Shown here: piece by piece, positions 25,656 to 32,000 of the stretch | Position numbering within the stretch: position 1 is the stretch's first letter | How the letters are laid out: every line of letters starts with the position of its first letter | Source: Trichodesmium erythraeum IMS101 | GTDB lineage: Bacteria > Cyanobacteriota > Cyanobacteriia > Cyanobacteriales > Microcoleaceae | Direction: 5' to 3' | DNA length: 32,000 nucleotides | Assembly: GCF_000014265.1 (NCBI RefSeq) | Contig: NC_008312.1 | Location: forward strand, 1,410,001-1,442,000 | Made by a program: the position numbers and the translations under genes | The notes under the pieces: generated by a model | Seen by the model: only the letters and a program-made list of their open reading frames with translations | What the model was told of the DNA's origin: nothing | Databases searched by the model: none

Positions 25656-27428
25656 ATGCCTCAGATTCGATTCCCTCAAACTAAAAACCAAATAGTAATA
25701 TTGAGTTGTGTCGCTGTTTTCTTATGGCTGTTTAGCTGTACTCCCAACTCTCCAAAATCTCTACCTCTAGCAGAATTAAAACGGAGCAAAGAAAGTATAG
25801 TAGTTTCAGCTCATCCCCTAGCTAGTGAAGCAGGAAAGTTAATGCTAGAAAAAGGGGGCAATGCAGTAGATGCAGCGGTAGCTACAGCCTTTGCTATTTC
25901 TGTAGTAGAACCATTTTCCGCAGGTATTGGAGGTGGAGGCTTTTTACTATTAGGAACTCCTCCAGAAAATTCTGAGACTCAACAGTATAAAATTCGAGCC
26001 CTAGACTTTCGGGAAAGAGCTCCTAAAGCAGCAACTCGAAATATGTACCTTAACGAAAAGGGAGAAGTAGAGAAAAGAGCAAGTTTAGATGGACATTTAG
26101 CAGTCGGAGTACCTGGAACCGTAGCAGGATTGTATAATATTCACAAGTCCTTAGGCAAGTTACCTTGGAAAGAATTGCTAAAACCAGCTATTCGTTATGC
26201 TCGTGATGGGTTTGAGCTAAGGGATGACTTTGTTAGTAAACTAGAAAAACGCTTAGAGGTAATTAACAAAAATCCGGCAGCTAGGGATATATTTACTAAA
26301 AATGGCCAAGCTTATGAACCAGGAGATTTGCTGATTCAAACTGATCAAGCTCAAACCTTAGAAACCATTGCTGAAAATCCTCAAAGCTTTTATACAGGTA
26401 AAATTGCTCAGGCGATCGCTACTGATATGGCCAAAGCAGGAGGTCTAATTACTTTAGAAGATTTACAGAACTATACACCAATATGGCGTGAACCTATTTG
26501 TGGCAAGTTTAGACAAGCAAAAGTTTGTGCTATGCCACCACCATCTTCTGGAGGCGTACATTTACTACAAATATTAAATATTGTGGGAGAGACTAACTTG
26601 CAACAGTGGGGTAGGGAAAATGCTGATACTATTCATTTACTTACTGAAGCCATGCGGGTTGCTTATGCCGATCGCTCTTTGCATTTAGGGGACCCAGATT
26701 TTCTGGAAGTGCCAGTCAAGGAGTTGACTAGCTTGAGTTATGCTCAACAACGACGTCAGGAAATTAGTCTCACAAAAGTCAGACGTTCCACTGAAGTACA
26801 ACCAGTATCACCAGAAGTTCTCAGGAGTAATATTTTGGAGTCTCCTGATACTACTCATTTAACCGTAGTAGATCAAGAGCGAAATGTTATTAGTATGACA
26901 TATACAATTAATGGTAGTTTTGGTGCTGGAGTGGTAGCTGCTGGTACAGGAATATTGTTAAATAATGAAATGGATGATTTTGCCGCTGCTCCTGAAGCAC
27001 CAAATTTATACGGTTTGGTCGGGGATGAAGCGAATGCTATAGCTCCGAGAAAAACTCCTTTGTCTAGTATGACTCCTACTATTGTTACAGACAATGGTCG
27101 GTTAATTATGGCGACTGGTTCTCCTGGGGGTAGTACGATTATTACCACAGTTTTGCAGGTTATATTGAATGTGTTAGAGTATAAAATGAATGTTGCTGAA
27201 GCTGTGTCGGCTCCACGTTTTCACCATCAATGGCTGCCAGATAAGTTAATCTTGGAAACAGGGGGGTTTGGCGAGGCAACTGTGAATGAGTTGAAACAGC
27301 GCGGACATAATGTAGTAATGCAACGTGGTTGGGGTAATGCAAATGTAGTTTTCCAGGATGAGAGTGGGATGTTGGAAGCAGCAGCAGATCCTCGTGGGGA
27401 AGGGGAGGCAATGGGGACTGGCCAGTAG
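25656..27428 (+). CDS. ggt: gamma-glutamyltranspeptidase precursor
   Basis: N-terminal signal/lipobox-like LFSC, autoprocessing site PDTTHLTVVD, and the GSPGGSTIITT block. Confidence 0.95.
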   Translation: MPQIRFPQTKNQIVILSCVAVFLWLFSCTPNSPKSLPLAELKRSKESIVVSAHPLASEAGKLMLEKGGNAVDAAVATAFAISVVEPFSAGIGGGGFLLLGTPPENSETQQYKIRALDFRERAPKAATRNMYLNEKGEVEKRASLDGHLAVGVPGTVAGLYNIHKSLGKLPWKELLKPAIRYARDGFELRDDFVSKLEKRLEVINKNPAARDIFTKNGQAYEPGDLLIQTDQAQTLETIAENPQSFYTGKIAQAIATDMAKAGGLITLEDLQNYTPIWREPICGKFRQAKVCAMPPPSSGGVHLLQILNIVGETNLQQWGRENADTIHLLTEAMRVAYADRSLHLGDPDFLEVPVKELTSLSYAQQRRQEISLTKVRRSTEVQPVSPEVLRSNILESPDTTHLTVVDQERNVISMTYTINGSFGAGVVAAGTGILLNNEMDDFAAAPEAPNLYGLVGDEANAIAPRKTPLSSMTPTIVTDNGRLIMATGSPGGSTIITTVLQVILNVLEYKMNVAEAVSAPRFHHQWLPDKLILETGGFGEATVNELKQRGHNVVMQRGWGNANVVFQDESGMLEAAADPRGEGEAMGTGQ

Positions 27429-27571
27429 CTCACGAGGGTAGGTTTTTGATTTTCTGGTTGTTACAATATTTGGAAGCGTGGATATATAATACCAATTTTC
27501 TAAAGCCAGACTACACATACCTTGACATCTTGGTTTTCAAGCTTGATAAATTACTTTTACAAATGTTGTTT

Positions 27572-27613
27572 AAGTTTATGAAATTAAGTTTATGAAATTA
27601 AGTTTATGAAATT
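27572..27613. repeat. 14-bp tandem repeat (aagtttatgaaatt x3)
   Basis: Direct reading. Confidence 0.85.
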
Positions 27614-27789
27614 GGTATAAGAACTATTTACTTTAATGAAAGTAGTTTCAGTAGAAGGAAGCTTTAGTAGAGTTTATCTACAGGATAATTCCAACCAACG
27701 TCTTTGTGTTTTGGGTCGATATTGGGTTTTATTACCTCAACCCAACCTACAAATACTCTTAAGTTTCTTCTCATTAATTTCCTTCGTAA

Positions 27790-28310
27790 TTATTTGAGTT
27801 TATCTAGAAAGTTTTGAGATCCCTCTTGATCTGCTTGTTGTTTATATAAGTCAGCAGCTTTTTCAAAGTCTTTTATGGTCTGTTGCTGATCTCCAACTCC
27901 ATGGAGATAGTAAACACTACCCCGCCCATAGCAAGCATCAGCTATTCGGGTTAGAGTTAATAGCTTGTTAATATTCAGCAAGCGCCTTTTCATCTTCTGG
28001 TCTGAAAAACGTAAATATTACCCCGGTTATAATAGACCAAGAAATTGCCAAAAATAATCGGAATTAGCATTTTTGGGAACCCTTTGAATACCTTGGTTAA
28101 ACTCAGCGATCGCTTTTTCATCTTTTCCCTTATCCTGATAAAAAAGAACCCTGCTTGTGTGCCCAAGCATCTTAAGCATATTTAGGGTTCTAGTTGAATA
28201 GCTTGTTTATAGTTAGGGAGAGCCTTTTCACATTCGGATCTAAATAACATAAATATTACCCTGGTTACCATATTCAGCGATCGCCTTTTCATATTTTTCC
28301 TACTTATTGT
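27790..28310 (-). pseudogene. decayed TPR-repeat protein gene
   Basis: The last 67 codons are open (..ADACYGRGSVYYLHGVGDQQQTIKDFEKAADLYKQQ). Upstream TPR-like pieces (EKYEKAIAEY, KDEKAIAEFNQGIQ, NRGNIYV..KALPNYKQAIQLEP) are scattered over several frames with stops between them. Confidence 0.55.
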
Positions 28311-29018
28311 TAAAAAAGACCTTAGTAAAATGCTATTAATATAATTTTGGGCAATTCAAAGTTGCCATTTTTTACTAAGTTTTCTATCCGTTCTACTAAA
28401 CTTACCCAAACTTAAATGAATTGGAAATTGCATAAGCTTTGGAGCTAGCTTCGGTGTTTCACCCATATAACACTAAGTGCATTCTGTAACTTATCTTCCC
28501 TATCCGACAACAAAACCCAAGTCAGCTCAAGCTACTTATTCATATTCAGGTTTTCGATCATTACTCATACTCCTACAATATTGCTATGTATGTGTAACTG
28601 TAAATAAGTATAGTAAATTTTTATTTAACTCTCAAGTCCCCTGATCCAAAGGGGGAGGAGGTTGAGTGATATTCAAGCAGATAAATGCCAGTAGTACTCA
28701 CATTAACCATGTTAATATTCGTTTCATAATTTGTAAGTTCTCAAAGTTTTCTAAAGACAGTGTTATCATAAAATAACTAATAAACAAATTTTTATTAACT
28801 TAACTTTAATCTAAACGCACTGCTGCTATATACAGCGTATTTTTTGCAATTGTTTGAGATATTTATACTATAATTACTATCTGATTAATTGCGGTCTAAA
28901 ATATGACATTGGCTTATATCATGTCCGCTTAAATACTTATATTTAACAGAAAATAAAGTAGAGAAAAAACTCACTAACTATTTTTAATTTTTCATAACAA
29001 TTACCAACTGCTAACTAC

Positions 29019-31514
29019 CTATTTAATATTGAGTCGAGCCGCTTCTAAAATCAAACGTTGTTCAGCACGAGCAATCGCTTTATAAGTCTTTTCAACAGCA
29101 TTCAAATTAACAGAAATAGAAGTAATACCCCACCGAATTAAATCATCTATTATTTCTGGATATAAAGCAGGAGCATCCCCACAAATAGAACAAGGAATAC
29201 CAGCACTTTTAGCCTTAAAAATTAAATCTTTAATTGCCATCATTACTGCTGGGTTACGAGTATTAAAATAACTTTTTATTTCTTCTTTTTCTCGATCTAC
29301 ACCTAACAATAACTGAGTTAAATCATTAGTACCAATAGCAATACCTTGTACACCTTCTTTTACATATTCAGGTAATAGGAATAAAACTGATGGTACTTCT
29401 GCCATAATCCAAATTTGAAAATGATTTGGTTTATCCTTCCATTTTGTCTCAATTCGACTCCTACAAAATTGAAACTCTTCTAAAGAACGTACATAAGGCA
29501 AAATTAAATGAATGTTACTATAACCTAACTTATATACTGCAGATAAAATATTTATTTCTAAATCTAGTAACCTCGGTTCCAACATATAACTCAATGTGCC
29601 ATGTTGTCCTAATATGGGATTATAATAATTACTTTTATAGGAAAAACTTAACTCTTGAAATATATTTTGATCATGAATATTTTGACTATACTGATTATCT
29701 TGATTATTAGGATAATTTAGAGATGAATGCTCCAGTTTTTTCGTCATATTTTTTTCTTGATAACTATAATTAAATAGCACTAAATCAAAAGAACGATAAA
29801 ATACTGATTTGGGAGCAAAAGCAGCAGCAAACTGAGTTAGATTCTCTACCATTAAATCTATTAATTCTGATTCACGACCTTGTTTTATCCACCATAAAGG
29901 ATGACGATTTTCTAACAGTTCAATTGCCATTAACTCTGACCGCAACAATCCCACTCCATCTATAGGCAAGTTTTGAGCTTTTTTAATTGAATTAATTTGA
30001 CTAATATTTACAAATAATTTACTGCCAATGGGAAACAATGTTTTAGAATGAAAAGATTTTTTTTCTACTTCTATATCTAGTTTTTTAGGATAATTTTTAT
30101 GTTTTTTAACTAGATGTACTTCTCCATTATTACCATTAACTAATAAGTAGTTACCTGTTTTAATTATTTTAGTAGAATTGGTAGCTCCGACAATAGCAGG
30201 AATCCCAATTTCTCTGGATAAAATTGCAGCATGACTTGTGATACCGCCCTGTTCAGAAATTATCCCAGCAGCATTTTTTAGTAATGGCAAATAACTAGGA
30301 ATAACTGCTGATACAACTAAAATTTTTTCTTTATAAACCTCTTTTAATTGTGGATTAAAATCCTTAATAACTACAGCTTGAGCTGTGACTTTTCCTTCTG
30401 AGACTCCTATGCCTGTAACTATAGGGGAATCAAGTTTTTCAAGAGATTTTTTTTGCTTTTCTCTTGTTAAAGCAGTTGAATTTTCTGATTTTTTAGACTT
30501 TGTTTGCATATCCTTAAAATCTGTAATTAATAGTTGATTTTCTTCATGATTATCACTTTTAAACAAAGTCCATTTAAAATAAAAACTAGTAGGAAATTCA
30601 TTGGTTATTTTCTTAGTAATTTCAAGCAATAATTGTAAATATTTATCTCTCAAAGCAAATTCTTTTTGTACATTTTCTGGCAATAAAAAAGCTTGTAATC
30701 CTAGTAAATTATCAGGAATAGGCATTTGAGTATTATCAATTTCTTGCCATGTATTGATATAGCTTACTTTTGTCATAGCTGTATCAAGGTTATAAGCGAT
30801 AATTTTATTCCCTAGTTTTTTTTCTTGTATAGTGTAATTTTTAGGAGAAATTAGAAAAGAGTCAGGGATAACTTGCCCGAGCTCAATAGATATTCCTAAA
30901 CCATAAGTTGCTTGAATTTCCCAACTATTTGCAAAAGCTTGCATAGTTCCTGAAGCGATCGCTGATTGTAAAGATTGTACTAAAATTACTGGTTGAAGTT
31001 TTTGAATATCAACTTGGTGAATATGCCAATACAATAAACTTTTAGCTTTAAAGATTTCTGACCAGGCCTGTTTAATTACTTGAGTAAATTTTTCTGATTT
31101 AGCTTGACAGATTTTTACATCTAATATCCCAAAAGTTTCCAGTTTAGGAGAAGCTAAATAAGGCTGAAAAATTAAGCTTTCAGCATTAAGATTATTAATT
31201 GCAGATTCCAAAGATGAGACTAACTCTAATGGTAAATCAGCAGAAAAGATATAGTAATTAATTGATTGAGAAATATGTTGCCATTGTTGATAGTCATCAA
31301 TATTAAAATTTAAAGAAGAGTCAGGGAAATTAGCTAATAAAGGATCCGACCAATTAATACGTTCTAAAAATTGCCACAAGGTATTGGCTGGAATGACAAA
31401 ACCAGGGCTAATTGGATAACCTTTATCCATCAGATCTGCTAAATAAAAAGCTTTTTCTCCTACTATGTTCCAGTCTGATGATTTAATTTGATCTAGCCAG
31501 TAAAACTTATACAC
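29019..31514 (-). CDS. PEP-utilising enzyme (PpsA/PPDK-like), divergent
   Basis: Phosphohistidine swivel motif GGITSHAAILSREIGIPAIVG. C-terminal TIM-barrel motifs MAEVPS, IAIGTNDLTQLLLGVDRE and CSICGDAP. N-terminal ATP-grasp-like VGEKAFYLADL...PGFVIP. GTG start. Confidence 0.85.
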   Translation of the reverse strand: MYKFYWLDQIKSSDWNIVGEKAFYLADLMDKGYPISPGFVIPANTLWQFLERINWSDPLLANFPDSSLNFNIDDYQQWQHISQSINYYIFSADLPLELVSSLESAINNLNAESLIFQPYLASPKLETFGILDVKICQAKSEKFTQVIKQAWSEIFKAKSLLYWHIHQVDIQKLQPVILVQSLQSAIASGTMQAFANSWEIQATYGLGISIELGQVIPDSFLISPKNYTIQEKKLGNKIIAYNLDTAMTKVSYINTWQEIDNTQMPIPDNLLGLQAFLLPENVQKEFALRDKYLQLLLEITKKITNEFPTSFYFKWTLFKSDNHEENQLLITDFKDMQTKSKKSENSTALTREKQKKSLEKLDSPIVTGIGVSEGKVTAQAVVIKDFNPQLKEVYKEKILVVSAVIPSYLPLLKNAAGIISEQGGITSHAAILSREIGIPAIVGATNSTKIIKTGNYLLVNGNNGEVHLVKKHKNYPKKLDIEVEKKSFHSKTLFPIGSKLFVNISQINSIKKAQNLPIDGVGLLRSELMAIELLENRHPLWWIKQGRESELIDLMVENLTQFAAAFAPKSVFYRSFDLVLFNYSYQEKNMTKKLEHSSLNYPNNQDNQYSQNIHDQNIFQELSFSYKSNYYNPILGQHGTLSYMLEPRLLDLEINILSAVYKLGYSNIHLILPYVRSLEEFQFCRSRIETKWKDKPNHFQIWIMAEVPSVLFLLPEYVKEGVQGIAIGTNDLTQLLLGVDREKEEIKSYFNTRNPAVMMAIKDLIFKAKSAGIPCSICGDAPALYPEIIDDLIRWGITSISVNLNAVEKTYKAIARAEQRLILEAARLNIK

Positions 31515-31554
31515 AAAACTATTACTTTGCTTACGTCATTTTAATTATTATAGT

Positions 31555-31641
31555 TATCAGCTATCAGTTATCAGTACCGAGCAATTTCAGCCAAAGACTT
31601 GATTTTTTTTCATTCCCTTAAAATGGATATCTGATAGCTGA
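31555..31641. promoter_or_regulatory. perfect 12-bp inverted repeat (atcagctatcag / ctgatagctgat) 63 nt apart, in the divergent intergenic region
   Basis: Direct reading. The left arm lies within a (t/c)tatcag x3 run. The function is unknown. Confidence 0.3.
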
Positions 31642-31708
31642 TGGCTGAATGCTTATTATTAACATAAAATAATATTAGAAATATTATATCTTTTCAAGGT
31701 TCTTGACA

Positions 31709-32000
31709 ATGATTAAATTTATCCGGAGAAAAATTTTTAAACCATTTTTGAATATACTTCTTAAAGCTAACTGTCCTCTTTGTCAGCGTTCAGCAGACAG
31801 AGAGTTTTGTCAGTATTGCGAAAAACAAGTTTGGCACTGTCAGTTTCCTGGTGGAGGAGAAATATTTTCTGGAGAAGTACCTATATTTGTTTGGGGTCAA
31901 TATAAAGATAGTCTCAAACGAGCGATCGCTGCCATGAAATATGAAGATCACCCAGAAATAGCAAAACCCCTGGGATATTGGTTGGCGGATGGATGGTTAG
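31709..32000 (+). CDS. comF: ComF-family protein (double zinc-ribbon plus phosphoribosyltransferase-like), N-terminal part; continues beyond the window
   Basis: ATG 31709. CPLCQR...FCQYCEKQ zinc ribbon, then VWGQYKDSLKRAIAAMKYEDHPEIAKPLGYWLA, typical of ComFC-like proteins. It is not in the ORF track because it is open-ended. Confidence 0.75.
   Translation, partial: MIKFIRRKIFKPFLNILLKANCPLCQRSADREFCQYCEKQVWHCQFPGGGEIFSGEVPIFVWGQYKDSLKRAIAAMKYEDHPEIAKPLGYWLADGWL

Noticed and set aside
1-32000. tRNA, rRNA, tmRNA, RNase P or group II intron sequences.
   Set aside because: I found no cloverleaf-compatible segments with T-loop GTTCGA-type motifs, no rRNA-like conserved blocks, and no intron domain V-like hairpin. 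The search was by eye only, so short RNAs could have been missed.

Overview
This is an AT-rich cyanobacterial chromosomal segment. It carries 18 perfect HIP1 octamers (GCGATCGC) and a nickel superoxide dismutase pair, sodN-sodX. The composition, NiSOD and very low coding density fit a marine filamentous cyanobacterium such as Trichodesmium, but that is inference only.

The clear genes are: ilvE (3' part), a CysZ/EI24-like membrane protein, sodN and sodX, an Hsp70-like ATPase, a very long HlyD-family adaptor, a small K/N-rich repeat protein, a tandem-GNAT protein, an IS200-like Y1 (HUH) transposase, a giant fused C39-peptidase double ABC exporter, cbiD, guaA, ggt, a divergent PEP-utilising enzyme, and comF (5' part).

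Between them lie long non-coding stretches and much gene decay:
- a cluster of decayed toxin-antitoxin pairs (DUF4160 pseudogene with DUF2442, an orphan MNT, an antitoxin with a frameshifted PIN)
- a tnpB relic
- a TPR relic
- a small ORF broken by a 29-bp duplication

The points most worth follow-up:
1. The peptide-export locus. It combines the Hsp70-like gene, a repeat-extended HlyD, and a single 1,717-aa polypeptide that fuses both half-transporters and has an internal cNMP-binding-like domain.
2. A 135-bp duplicate of the exporter 3' end. It brackets a 0.94-kb cassette of GC-rich islands with small same-strand ORFs, one of which reads LEEICGG followed by a Gly/aromatic-rich 32-aa core.
3. 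Two long tandem arrays, about 201 bp x6 at 3114-4195 and about 240 bp x3 at 19718-20425. They look like tandem small-RNA or mini-ORF gene arrays rather than CRISPRs.

No tRNA, rRNA or CRISPR array was recognised.
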